A DNA stretch of 52,791 nt, taken from contig JAJRUP010000054.1 of the NCBI GenBank assembly GCA_024277725.1, positions 1 through 52,791 of the forward strand, written 5' to 3'. Position numbers and translations under genes: made by a program. The stretch is from a bacterium (GTDB lineage Bacteria > CG2-30-53-67). Below are positions 10,592-20,146 of the stretch, piece by piece. The stretch's first letter is position 1, and each line of letters starts with the position of its first letter. Under the pieces are notes generated by a model. The model saw nothing but the letters and a program-made list of their open reading frames with translations, had not been told where the DNA came from and searched no databases.

Positions 10592-11716
10592 TTATTCCCG
10601 GTCCTTTCCCTTCGCCGCAGGCGCCTCCTCTTCCGGATGACTCGGGGAATCAAGGGGAACCTGTTTCCATTCCGCAGGGCGAACCAGTGAAGAACCGGTT
10701 GTCTGATTGACGATGCCTTTCCCGAGATCCAACCCCTTTACAATAATCCGGGGTTGTACCGGCCCTTCCGTTGTGGAACCGGTCTGTGCGGAAACTCTTG
10801 CCTCGGGTTCCCGGATGTAATCGGGAAAATACGTCTCAATATATTCACGCAAAACCTCTTTCCAGGGACGCATCACACTGAGCCCCAGCCTGCGCAGATT
10901 GGCATTGATCATCATTTCCGAAACCGGGCGGGGGGCAAAATACTCTTCCTGGAAGAAGGTCGAGTCCACCGCAGTCAACCGGATATCCGGTCTCCGGCAA
11001 ATCTTCAGGAGTTCCTGCGCCACATCGTACCGGGTCCCTTTCCCTTCGCACACCATGTGATACGTCCCATAATGATCGGTCTGAGCCAGACGGGAAAGGT
11101 TTCTTGCGAAATCATAGGTATAGGTCGGCGTTCCCCAGCGATCATCCACCACAAAGATTTCCTGCTTCCCCGCCCGAACCTGCTGCAGGATCTTGTAGAT
11201 GAATTTCTTCTCCTTCTCCCTGCCGCCGCCCATCATCCAGCCGGCGCGGACCACGAACGTCCGGGAACAGTATTCCCGCGCGTAAAGTTCCCCGTCATAC
11301 TTCGTCCGGCCATAGACCATGATCGGGCGCGGCGGGTCCGCCTCCGTATAAAAGCCTTCCTTTGTCCCGTCAAAAACACCGGCCGTGCTGATATACGCCA
11401 AGGTCGATCCGTACCGTTCCGACAATTGCGCGATCGTTTTGGTTGCCTGCGCATTGGTCGATTCCGCAATCTCCGGATGGGTTTCACAAAATTCCAGATC
11501 CGTTTCCGCCGCAAGATGCAACACAAGATCCGGTCGAAATTCTTCAAAAACCTTTTTCAACCCTTCTTCGTCACGCACATCAAGCTCTTGCAGCCAGCTC
11601 TCACTCCGATCTTTGTCCGTCGCCAGCACCTCCCGGCATCGGGAACGAAAAAAGGGGTAGACGGCATTCCCCAACATCCCACCGCATCCGGTAATAAAAA
11701 CTCTTTTCCTTTTCAT
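10592..11716 (-). CDS. SDR-family NAD(P)-dependent sugar-nucleotide reductase/epimerase (RmlD-like) with a Pro/Glu-rich C-terminal tail
   Basis: The Rossmann motif is VFITGCGGMLGNAVYPFF, followed by an RmlD-like substrate-binding region (YGRTKYDGE). Confidence 0.7.
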   Translation of the reverse strand: MKRKRVFITGCGGMLGNAVYPFFRSRCREVLATDKDRSESWLQELDVRDEEGLKKVFEEFRPDLVLHLAAETDLEFCETHPEIAESTNAQATKTIAQLSERYGSTLAYISTAGVFDGTKEGFYTEADPPRPIMVYGRTKYDGELYAREYCSRTFVVRAGWMMGGGREKEKKFIYKILQQVRAGKQEIFVVDDRWGTPTYTYDFARNLSRLAQTDHYGTYHMVCEGKGTRYDVAQELLKICRRPDIRLTAVDSTFFQEEYFAPRPVSEMMINANLRRLGLSVMRPWKEVLREYIETYFPDYIREPEARVSAQTGSTTEGPVQPRIIVKGLDLGKGIVNQTTGSSLVRPAEWKQVPLDSPSHPEEEAPAAKGKDRE

Positions 11717-11774
11717 GGTCTATTCTCCAATCTCGAATTTGAGTATATTCCCCGGCTCAAATCTGCCTTTTGCT

Positions 11775-13322
11775 TCATGACGAAACTCCCTTTGCAGCAC
11801 GTGTCTCCCTTTTCAACAGTCGGGCAAAGATCTTTCGTCCGCTCGACAACTTCTCATGGGCCACCCGTTCCAGTTTGGTCTCCTCAACCCCCCGCAAGAC
11901 GTTCCAGAATGTTTTGAGTAAACGTAACGGCCGGTACATGTAGGACAATGCGAAGAACTGGATATAACCCCATCGCCGCAGACGCGCGATCCTCTTGTCG
12001 GAAATCCCCTCTATCCAGGAGGGAGCCCAGGAAAGATCCGACATATAGAGTAGCTCCCTGAAGAATTCATCGTTCAACTCGATCTTTCCCGAGTCAATCA
12101 ATTCATCAAAAAGGCGCGCCCCCGGAAGAGCGGTAAAGGTGGTGATGCTGATCTCATTGACGCCGACCTTTGCCAACCTGCGCATGAAACGAAACGATTC
12201 CCGGATATCATCAATGGTTTCATGGGGAAACCCGATCACGAAAAAAGCACAAACGACCATTCCTTTGTTGATGGCACGCTTTGACGCGGAAACAATGTTC
12301 TCCAGATCCAGTTCTTTTTTCACTCGTTTCAGCGTACGCAGGGAACCACTTTCCGGCGCAAAGGTAATATTCGTGCACCCACTTGCCTGGAGTCGGTCGA
12401 TGACCTCATCATCGACACTTTCGGACCGGGTTCCATTGGGCATCTGCCAGGAAATCCGCAAATCACGTCGAATGATCTCGTCACAAAAACGAATGGCCCA
12501 TTCCTTGTTCAGAACAATCGTCAGATCTTCAAAATGAAAATCCGTAATGCGGAGTGTCTTGTACCAATGTTCCATCTCGTCCACCACGTTCTCCACGGTA
12601 CGATGCCGCCACTTCGGAAGCCACATCTTCTCGGCGGTACAGAACGTACAGGTATAAGGACACCCCCGCGTTGCGATCAGCGGCAGCCAGCGTCCCCGGG
12701 ATGCACCATGAGGACTCCGGGCCTCGATATAATTGCTGATGGGAAGCGCTTCATAAGCGGGAAAGGGGAGCTGATCCAGATCATCTATCAGCTGCGTCTT
12801 CTGGTTGATGACGGTTTTGCCGTTTTGCCGGAAGGCCAGTCCATCTAAATCCGAAACATCCCTGCCGCTCGAAACACGTGTCAAAAGTTCCAGCATCGTC
12901 TGTTCCCCTTCCCCCAGTACCACGTAATCGATCGAGCCGTGGGAAAGAACAAACTCAGAAAGGGCTGTCGGATGAATTCCTCCCGTAACAATCGGGATCC
13001 CCGGGAAGGCTTCCTTGATGTCACGGGAAAGGTCCCGGACCACAGGCCAGGCATGTGAAAAAAGATTCGTAATCGCGATTAAATCCACATCCTTTCCAAT
13101 ATGATCCACAATCTCCGGAAACGTCAGCCCCCGCAGGTGGAAATCGCCACGTTGTGAGAACTTTTCCATCCCCTGGCCGAAGGCATCAACCATCTTGACC
13201 GTATGTCCCCGGCTCCGCAGATAAGAGACGATATAGGCGGCCCCGATCGGCGGAACGGTCACCGATGCAATCTGCGTAATGGTGTAAAGCTGCGGAGGAT
13301 TAATCATTACGATGTTTGCCAT
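11775..13322 (-). CDS. B12-binding-domain radical SAM enzyme
   Basis: An N-terminal cobalamin-binding-like domain (IPIVTGGIHPT...YVVLGEGE) is followed by the radical SAM cluster motif RGCPYTCTFCTA. I placed the start at MANIVMINPP (ATG at 13322), which clears the upstream gene. Confidence 0.85.
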   Translation of the reverse strand: MANIVMINPPQLYTITQIASVTVPPIGAAYIVSYLRSRGHTVKMVDAFGQGMEKFSQRGDFHLRGLTFPEIVDHIGKDVDLIAITNLFSHAWPVVRDLSRDIKEAFPGIPIVTGGIHPTALSEFVLSHGSIDYVVLGEGEQTMLELLTRVSSGRDVSDLDGLAFRQNGKTVINQKTQLIDDLDQLPFPAYEALPISNYIEARSPHGASRGRWLPLIATRGCPYTCTFCTAEKMWLPKWRHRTVENVVDEMEHWYKTLRITDFHFEDLTIVLNKEWAIRFCDEIIRRDLRISWQMPNGTRSESVDDEVIDRLQASGCTNITFAPESGSLRTLKRVKKELDLENIVSASKRAINKGMVVCAFFVIGFPHETIDDIRESFRFMRRLAKVGVNEISITTFTALPGARLFDELIDSGKIELNDEFFRELLYMSDLSWAPSWIEGISDKRIARLRRWGYIQFFALSYMYRPLRLLKTFWNVLRGVEETKLERVAHEKLSSGRKIFARLLKRETRAAKGVSS

Positions 13323-13356
13323 TTTTTTTTCCTTTCTCACACCGCATCCCGAAAGT

Positions 13357-14289
13357 TCAGGAAACGGGATGCTTCCGGTAATGTTCAATCACCTCATCTA
13401 TTCTGCATTCCAATGTTTCCTTCGCATGGAAATGCAGGTCGGCTCGGATTCGGTGCGTATCTGCAATGGAATATCGGAGTTCCCCGGGCTGGGCTTCTGC
13501 ATATTCCGGACGCTGACTTCCTCCGATTTTTTCACACAGAAGTTCGGCAATCTCCCGTACGGAAGTTCCCCTTCCGGTTCCCACGTTATAGGTCCCCAGG
13601 GGCATTTCCGACTTCATGGCCTGAAGGTTCGCTGCAACAATGTCATGGACATGCACGAAATCCCGACGCTGCTCACCATCACCGAAGATCACGGGAGGTT
13701 TCCCGTCCAAGAGACGGTGAACAAAAATGGTGATTACACCAACATAGGGAGTGAAGGTCTGGCCGACTCCATAGGTATTGAAGTAACGAAGGATCTGGCA
13801 GGAGATCCCCGTATCCGATGAAAATTGACGACAATATTTCTCACTCGCAAGCTTGGAAATCCCATAGGGGGATATCGGTTCCAGCTTGTACGCCTCCGAA
13901 ATGGGTGTCGGCCCGTCACAATCGGCATACACCGCCATGGAGGAAGCAAAGAGAAGTTTCTTGATCGATCTTCCGGCACAACACCGTAACAGGTTCAGGG
14001 TTCCCATCAGGTTGGTTTCGGCATCCTCATAAAAGTGTTTCAGAGAGGACCGGATACTGACCCTTGCGGCTTCATGGAAGACAACATCGACACCTCGCAA
14101 TGCCCTCTCCATGTCTTCCTGCGAACGTATATCCCCGCGAAGAAACTCCGCATTCTCCGGGACATTTTCAGGTTTTCCCATCGAAAGATCGTCCAGGACG
14201 ATCACTTCCAGGCCCTCCTGCAAAAGGGCACGGCTCAAATGAGATCCGATGAAGCCCGCGCCCCCGGTCACCAGCGCTTTCTTATACAT
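13357..14289 (-). CDS. NAD-dependent nucleotide-sugar epimerase/dehydratase (extended SDR)
   Basis: The motifs are ALVTGGAGFIGSHL and the catalytic YGISKLASE. The start at MYKKALVTGG overlaps the upstream stop by 8 nt. Confidence 0.85.
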   Translation of the reverse strand: MYKKALVTGGAGFIGSHLSRALLQEGLEVIVLDDLSMGKPENVPENAEFLRGDIRSQEDMERALRGVDVVFHEAARVSIRSSLKHFYEDAETNLMGTLNLLRCCAGRSIKKLLFASSMAVYADCDGPTPISEAYKLEPISPYGISKLASEKYCRQFSSDTGISCQILRYFNTYGVGQTFTPYVGVITIFVHRLLDGKPPVIFGDGEQRRDFVHVHDIVAANLQAMKSEMPLGTYNVGTGRGTSVREIAELLCEKIGGSQRPEYAEAQPGELRYSIADTHRIRADLHFHAKETLECRIDEVIEHYRKHPVS

Positions 14290-15256
14290 CACGTTTCTTC
14301 TCACTCCTCACAAATCGGCGGCAATCGATCTGATGTTCCGGAGTCACAATAAATCGATCGATATCACCACCCGAATTCAAAATCGTATCCGGAAAGACCA
14401 CCGAGTTTGTAATGGAAATCGGTTGTTCCAGGACAACTCCATTGCCGATCACGGAATTGGAAATCACTGCGGAAGGATGGAGATGCGCCCCCTCTCCGAT
14501 CAGCGAATCCCGCCCGGACCGCTGAATCTGCTGGAGATTGCATTCCAGGACATCCTCGGGGAACGTAAGATTCATATCCCACCGGATCACTTTTGCAATC
14601 ATGACGGGGAGACCGTCATCCACAAGGATCTGAATCGTATCGGTGATTTCGTATTCGTCCCGCATGGCCGTTCGTGGCGTTCTCCGAATCGCATCAAAGA
14701 CCTGCTGATCAAAAAGATACAAACCACAGCCTTTGACGCGCGTAGAAATATGGCGCGGCTTTTCAATGACCCGTTTGACGTTTCCGACTTCGTCAAGCAG
14801 CACCGTGAAATTTCTTCGTATCGCCTCCGGATCATCTTCATCCTTGACCGCAAGGACCGCACCGGCATGGTGTTCCACCATCATCTCTTTCATCACGCGT
14901 ATATCTTCCGCCACAAAAAAAATGTCCCCCAGGGAGAGGAGAAACGGCGAGGAGATATACGACTCCAGTTTCCCCACGGCATGGGCAATGCCCAAGGTTT
15001 CGCGTTGTTCGATATAGCGAATCTTCACGCCAAGGTGTCCTCCGTCCCCGAAGGTCTGGGCGATTTCATAGCCCAGGTGGCCGATCACCATCAGGATCTC
15101 CTCAATCCCGATCTCCTTCATCATCTCGATCTGATATTGCAACAGGGGTTTGTTGCAGATCGGCAGAACCGGCTTCGGGTAGCGGGCGCTGAACGGTTCC
15201 ATCCGGGTCCCTTTGCCGGCAGCCAGGATGACACCTGCAATCGGAAAGTCCTTCAT
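14282..15256 (-). CDS. Sugar-1-phosphate nucleotidyltransferase with a C-terminal left-handed beta-helix domain
   Basis: The motif is GVILAAGKGTRMEPFSARYPKPVLPICNKPLL, with hexapeptide-like repeats at the C-terminus. The ATG at 15256 forms an ATGA overlap with the stop of the upstream GT2 gene. Confidence 0.85.
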   Translation of the reverse strand: MKDFPIAGVILAAGKGTRMEPFSARYPKPVLPICNKPLLQYQIEMMKEIGIEEILMVIGHLGYEIAQTFGDGGHLGVKIRYIEQRETLGIAHAVGKLESYISSPFLLSLGDIFFVAEDIRVMKEMMVEHHAGAVLAVKDEDDPEAIRRNFTVLLDEVGNVKRVIEKPRHISTRVKGCGLYLFDQQVFDAIRRTPRTAMRDEYEITDTIQILVDDGLPVMIAKVIRWDMNLTFPEDVLECNLQQIQRSGRDSLIGEGAHLHPSAVISNSVIGNGVVLEQPISITNSVVFPDTILNSGGDIDRFIVTPEHQIDCRRFVRSEKKRDV

Positions 15257-16032
15257 GAGCACTCCTCGTCCATAAGCCCCTGCCGGAACTCCGCCGGTTG
15301 CAGGCTGTTAATAATTTTCTTGCGGTACAGGAACAGCTTCAACTTCATGTATACAAGAAAAGAGATCATCTCCAGGGATGTCCTCGTCACATTCAGTTTG
15401 GTCTCTCCACCCGCCCGCGCATAATGCCGGATCCCGACTTCTCCGATTTTCCACCCCATCGTGTGCAGACGAATCATGATTTCCGTGGGCGTGGGCCACG
15501 CCCTTGCTTCGATCGCCAGATTCCGGATCATCTCCCCCTGGAAAACCTTCAAGGCACAGTTCGTATCCCTTTGATCCAGGCCAAAGAAAAAACGGACGAT
15601 GAAATTTAACACCCGATCCGCATAGACCCTCAGGAACGTGTCATTCTTGCGCAAACGAAAACCGGAAACAACATCCAGATCTTCCCGCTCCATCTTTTGC
15701 AACAGGGGGAGAAAGTCCTTGAGATCAAATTGTCCATCGGCATCCAGCATGACGACTTTTTCCCCCCGGGTTTTGTAGATCGCCTCGAACAGGGCATTGC
15801 CGTACCCGCCGGCGCCCTGCACACGCGCGACCCGGAGTTGCGGAAATTCCTCCCGCAGCCGTTCCAGGATCTCCAGTGTCCGATCCGTGCTGCCGCCATC
15901 CCCCAAAACCACCTCATGAGACAGGCCGCTTTCCTGCAGAACCTCGAACCAGTAACGGACAACCTTCTCGATGACCTTTTCTTCGTTATAGACCGGCGCA
16001 GCTACGGAAATTTTTGTCGTTATCGAATCCAT
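15253..16032 (-). CDS. GT2 polyprenyl-phosphate glycosyltransferase-like protein (DPM1/GtrB/ArnC-like), paralog 1
   Basis: The motifs are ISVAAPVYNEEKVIEKVV...GDGGSTDRT...MLDADGQFD...DTNCALKVF. A C-terminal TM segment is present. Confidence 0.8.
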   Translation of the reverse strand: MDSITTKISVAAPVYNEEKVIEKVVRYWFEVLQESGLSHEVVLGDGGSTDRTLEILERLREEFPQLRVARVQGAGGYGNALFEAIYKTRGEKVVMLDADGQFDLKDFLPLLQKMEREDLDVVSGFRLRKNDTFLRVYADRVLNFIVRFFFGLDQRDTNCALKVFQGEMIRNLAIEARAWPTPTEIMIRLHTMGWKIGEVGIRHYARAGGETKLNVTRTSLEMISFLVYMKLKLFLYRKKIINSLQPAEFRQGLMDEECS

Positions 16033-16038
16033 TTTCCC

Positions 16039-16779
16039 TCAAATACGGTTGATAATCCGTGCGCGTTTCAAGAAAAGCTTGTAGCGCAGATAAACAAGGA
16101 AGAGCAACATCTCCCACCCCGTATGGAACAGTTTTAAATGGGATTTGCCGCCCGTACGTTCGTAATGCTGAATCGCGACTTCACCGATACACGCTCCCTG
16201 CTCCTTTAAGCGAATCATGATTTCCGTCGGAGTCGGATATGCCCGGGCCTCCACACAAACCTTCCGGATCAGGTCCCCCTTGAAGATTTTCAAGGCACAA
16301 TTGGTATCTCGATAGGGGAGACCGAACAGACCTCGGACGATCAGATTGAGGACTCTGTCGGCCGCAACACGCAAAAACGAATCCCGTTTCGTTACGCGAT
16401 ATCCGGTCACCACATCATATTTCTTCCTTCGGCATTCCTCCAACAGACGGGGATAATCGGAAAGATCAAACTGTCCATCGGAATCCAACGTCACGACATA
16501 CTCTCCACGGCTTGCATAAATCGCCTTGAAAAGGGCATCGCCATAACCTCCATTGCGGGCAGCACGCACCACCCGGAGATCCTCTATTTTTTTCCGTAAT
16601 TCCTCCAGAATCAAGGGAGTCCTGTCGGTGCTCCCGTCATCGCAAACGACGATCTCCGCAGCATCCCCGGACTCCGCCAATACGGCATTACAGTTCCGGA
16701 TGACGACCTCGATGTTTTCTTCTTCGTTGTAGGCCGGAGCAACCACCGAGATGAGAATGTCTTTGCCTTTCATCTTCAT
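16039..16779 (-). CDS. GT2 polyprenyl-phosphate glycosyltransferase-like protein, paralog 2
   Basis: The motifs are ISVVAPAYNEEENIEVVI...CDDGSTDRT...TLDSDGQFD...DTNCALKIF. By eye it is roughly half identical to the adjacent paralog. Confidence 0.8.
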   Translation of the reverse strand: MKMKGKDILISVVAPAYNEEENIEVVIRNCNAVLAESGDAAEIVVCDDGSTDRTPLILEELRKKIEDLRVVRAARNGGYGDALFKAIYASRGEYVVTLDSDGQFDLSDYPRLLEECRRKKYDVVTGYRVTKRDSFLRVAADRVLNLIVRGLFGLPYRDTNCALKIFKGDLIRKVCVEARAYPTPTEIMIRLKEQGACIGEVAIQHYERTGGKSHLKLFHTGWEMLLFLVYLRYKLFLKRARIINRI

Positions 16780-16798
16780 CTTTCAACCCTTTGAAGTT

Positions 16799-18220
16799 TC
16801 ACTTCATGTAGGAACGCGAATGTAGTGCAAGACGAAAAAGAGGACCGATTCTGATTTTTTGCGTTCTCATCTTGTTGTAGACAAAACCGACCCTGAAGAT
16901 GAAACCGAACAGGGGATTCTCCGGCAACTGGATAATCTTGCGAACGACCGATGCAGGAACATGGAACAGAATGAAGACCTGCATCAGTTTCTGCAGGTTC
17001 AAAATCGCTCTCTGATTTTCCATTGCCAGATTGCTGCCCGAGAAGAATGACGGCCCCAATGCAGGTTCATCGTTCTCGTCCGGGAGATAACCATGCGCTT
17101 TGACGTACTCGTTCATTGCCGTTCCCGGATAGGGCTGCAACAGCGAGCAGGATGCAAAATCGGCCCGGATCTCCTTGTTGAACATGTAAGTCTCCAAGGC
17201 ATTTTCCAGTGTCTCTCCGGGGAGCCCGAGGATGTTATAGGTCGAAAGTTTGATCTTGTTCTCTTTAATGAACTTTGCCGTTTCCCGGATCTGCCGATTG
17301 GTAATATTCTTGTGGAGAACATTCCGGCGCAACTCTTCATTTCCGGTCTCCACCCCCATCCGCACACAGATACACCCCATCGTCTTCAAAAGCCGCACAA
17401 GTTCTTCCGTAACCTGCGTGGCCTCCACATTGACAATACAGGGAAGTCCGACGTTTTCCCGGTAAAGCACGGAGAATTCCCGCAGCCATTCGGGAAAAAG
17501 GAGGAAGGAATCATCAACAAAATTTATTTTTTTTATCCCGAGGGTCTTCTTTGCACGTACAAGTTCCCGGACCACATGCTGAGGACTTCTCTTACGCAGA
17601 TATTTCCCTTTTCCCCGATAAATCTCCTTGTACGACCGGTTGAAACAGTAGCTGCAATTGTAGGGACACCCTCTGCCAGTCATGACGGGGTACATATCCC
17701 GGTTGTAAGGAATCATGTATTTATACTTGTGATAAACCGCAAGATCGGCAAAGGGCAGACGATCCAGATCCTGGAGGAAAGGCCTGACCTCCGTTTTGAC
17801 AACCTTCCCGGCGGAATCCTTGGACCAGATATTTTGAATATCCCGAATCTTCACCGGATTGTCGGAAAGCGCATCCAGAAGTTCCAGGAGTGCGTCTTCC
17901 CCCTCGCCCCGGCAGATATAATCGATATTCGGATCTTCAATACTCCGGGGAGAAAAGGTAGCATGCGGCCCCCCCATGATGATCGGTATGGAACTGTGCT
18001 TTCGGATCTTAAGGGCGGTATCCTGTACCCATTGTTCCTCACCGGTCGTACAGGAGAAGGCAAACAGGTCGGCACGACTCTCCAGGACGGATCCGAGGAA
18101 TTTTTTTTCGCCGGATTCTATGATCACGTCGCAGGCATGCCCGTTTTTTTTCAGTACTGCAGAAAGCTGCGCGATCGCAAGCTTGACAAAAGAATCTTTT
18201 TGAAGAAACGTTACTTTCAT
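16799..18220 (-). CDS. B12-binding-domain radical SAM enzyme (second copy, divergent)
   Basis: The N-terminal B12-binding-like domain is IPIIMGGPHATF...YICRGEGE. The radical SAM motif is GRGCPYNCSYCFN. Confidence 0.85.
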   Translation of the reverse strand: MKVTFLQKDSFVKLAIAQLSAVLKKNGHACDVIIESGEKKFLGSVLESRADLFAFSCTTGEEQWVQDTALKIRKHSSIPIIMGGPHATFSPRSIEDPNIDYICRGEGEDALLELLDALSDNPVKIRDIQNIWSKDSAGKVVKTEVRPFLQDLDRLPFADLAVYHKYKYMIPYNRDMYPVMTGRGCPYNCSYCFNRSYKEIYRGKGKYLRKRSPQHVVRELVRAKKTLGIKKINFVDDSFLLFPEWLREFSVLYRENVGLPCIVNVEATQVTEELVRLLKTMGCICVRMGVETGNEELRRNVLHKNITNRQIRETAKFIKENKIKLSTYNILGLPGETLENALETYMFNKEIRADFASCSLLQPYPGTAMNEYVKAHGYLPDENDEPALGPSFFSGSNLAMENQRAILNLQKLMQVFILFHVPASVVRKIIQLPENPLFGFIFRVGFVYNKMRTQKIRIGPLFRLALHSRSYMK

Positions 18221-18266
18221 TATGTGACGACCTCAAAACTTTCGAACATGACATGAAGAACAGATG

Positions 18267-19175
18267 TTATTCACTTCTTTTCATCGTGTTCAGAATCAGT
18301 TGCAACCCTGCTCTCCCACACAAACCGGAAAACGCCAGGATATTGAGAGGATGAAACCCAGATTGGGTATAGTGTTTCCGGAAGAACCTGTAGGCACCTT
18401 GATGGAAGGCCAGGATCATAAACATGCTTTTCTTGTTATTCGCATTATTTCTCATATCGTGGATCACCGAAGCATGAGGAACAACAAATATTTTCCAGCC
18501 TTTCTCTCCGATCCGTTTACACCAATCCGTATCGGCCCAGTACATCATATATCCTTCATCCATGCATCCGGCCGAATCGATCACTTCTCTCCGAACCATC
18601 ATGCACGCAGCAGAAGCCCAATCCGCCTCGAAAGGTTCCTCTTTTTTCGTGAGTTTATCGACCATCAGATAGCGTTCGGAAACAGGATTGCGGGGAAACA
18701 AACGGGTAAGAATGCTCTCTCTCCCGAAGAGCGCATTGCGAATCCCCGGAAACTTCCTTGCCATCATTTGGACCGTTCCATCAGGATAATACATCTTGGC
18801 TACAGCAACCCCCGCCCGCGGAGTACCTTCCAGGAAAGAGACCAACACGGAAAGCGTTTCTTGATTCAAGACGACATCGGAATCGAGCAGGAGGATATAA
18901 TCCCCGGAAGCTGCACGTAAACCTCTGTTGACGGCAGAGGGATATCGAAGATCTCCCACCGCATAAATGTGTCGGACCCATGGAAAGGTTGTCTTCAACA
19001 TCTCCCCGGTACCATCTTGAGAATGATTGTCCGACACAATCACCTCCAGACTTTCCGCACAGCCGACCTTCCGGATGGAATCGAGACATTTCCGGAGGTC
19101 CTCCTTCGCATTCCGGGTCGCAATCACAATCGAAATTTTTTTTGTTTTCCGTTTCGAAAGTTTCCGGTCATCCAT
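18267..19175 (-). CDS. Family 2 glycosyltransferase
   Basis: The motifs are ISIVIATRNAKEDLRKCLDSI...VIVSDNHSQDGT...LLLDSDV. Confidence 0.85.
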   Translation of the reverse strand: MDDRKLSKRKTKKISIVIATRNAKEDLRKCLDSIRKVGCAESLEVIVSDNHSQDGTGEMLKTTFPWVRHIYAVGDLRYPSAVNRGLRAASGDYILLLDSDVVLNQETLSVLVSFLEGTPRAGVAVAKMYYPDGTVQMMARKFPGIRNALFGRESILTRLFPRNPVSERYLMVDKLTKKEEPFEADWASAACMMVRREVIDSAGCMDEGYMMYWADTDWCKRIGEKGWKIFVVPHASVIHDMRNNANNKKSMFMILAFHQGAYRFFRKHYTQSGFHPLNILAFSGLCGRAGLQLILNTMKRSE

Positions 19176-19190
19176 CTTCCAAATCCTTGA

Positions 19191-20000
19191 TCAGAAAACA
19201 CTCCCCGGCCGCAGATTATAGGGTAAATTGAAGAGCACGCTCTTTGGAATCATATTACTGATATATTGCTCGACAAACAGATTGACCTTGGCAATCTTCT
19301 TCTTTGGAACAAAAACAATATCATAGGGAGAAAGAAGAATATCCGGCTCACCTTTGAGGACTTTCGTCATGTCCACGCTGAATGCAGCGGCATTGGTGTC
19401 GCCGATGTATCTTACGATGATCACATTTTTCATCTGCGCCGTATCTTTTTTGCCCCCCGCCTGCAGAATGGCCTGAATCGTATGAAGATTGCCGGTTAAC
19501 GGGATCAAACCCGGTTTATTCACTTCACCCCCGACGTAGACCTTCTGATTGGAGAATTCTTTCACGATCACCGTGGTATTTGGATCCTCCAGAAACGGTA
19601 CATACCGTTTCGTGATCGTGTGATCCAACTCGGATGGAGTCAAACCGGCGGCACGCACCTCATCAATCAACTGTAAAGAAATCATCCCATCCGGCCGAAT
19701 CGTTACCGTCTCATTCAACTCAGGATGATAGTACAATTTGACATCAAGAATATCCCCAACCTGCAGGACATAGGATTGTTCGGCGGACTGTTCCTGCAAT
19801 TCAGGCCCGACGGAACGAACCTGACTCACCTCAACATGTTGCGTGTTTGTCAAATAGACTTTTGTTTCAGCGTCTTTTTTCTGAATACCGACACATCCCG
19901 TACTCAGCAACACCGGAACAATAAGCAGAAAAATCATCATCCCCGGATGATTGCCGATATCCAGGAGAAATGTCCTTCCCGCGAACACTTTCTGCTTCAT
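19191..20000 (-). CDS. Outer-membrane polysaccharide export lipoprotein (Wza/GumB-like; Poly_export plus SLBB domains)
   Basis: The lipobox is LLSTGC. The Poly_export motif is YVLQVGDILDVKLYYHPELNETVTIRPDGMISLQLIDEVRAAGLTPSEL. An SD-like GGGGGAG sits 8 nt upstream of the ATG. Confidence 0.85.
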   Translation of the reverse strand: MKQKVFAGRTFLLDIGNHPGMMIFLLIVPVLLSTGCVGIQKKDAETKVYLTNTQHVEVSQVRSVGPELQEQSAEQSYVLQVGDILDVKLYYHPELNETVTIRPDGMISLQLIDEVRAAGLTPSELDHTITKRYVPFLEDPNTTVIVKEFSNQKVYVGGEVNKPGLIPLTGNLHTIQAILQAGGKKDTAQMKNVIIVRYIGDTNAAAFSVDMTKVLKGEPDILLSPYDIVFVPKKKIAKVNLFVEQYISNMIPKSVLFNLPYNLRPGSVF

Positions 20001-20146
20001 TTTTATAACTCCCCCTTTTCAGGTCTACAGCTTCGCCCTCTGGGTCACATACTCGCCAACCGATGTTTCCCGAAAATATCAATTTGGCAATAACCGCACC
20101 GGCAATTCCTCGTCAATACTTAGCAAAAACCCATTCTTAATCAAGC

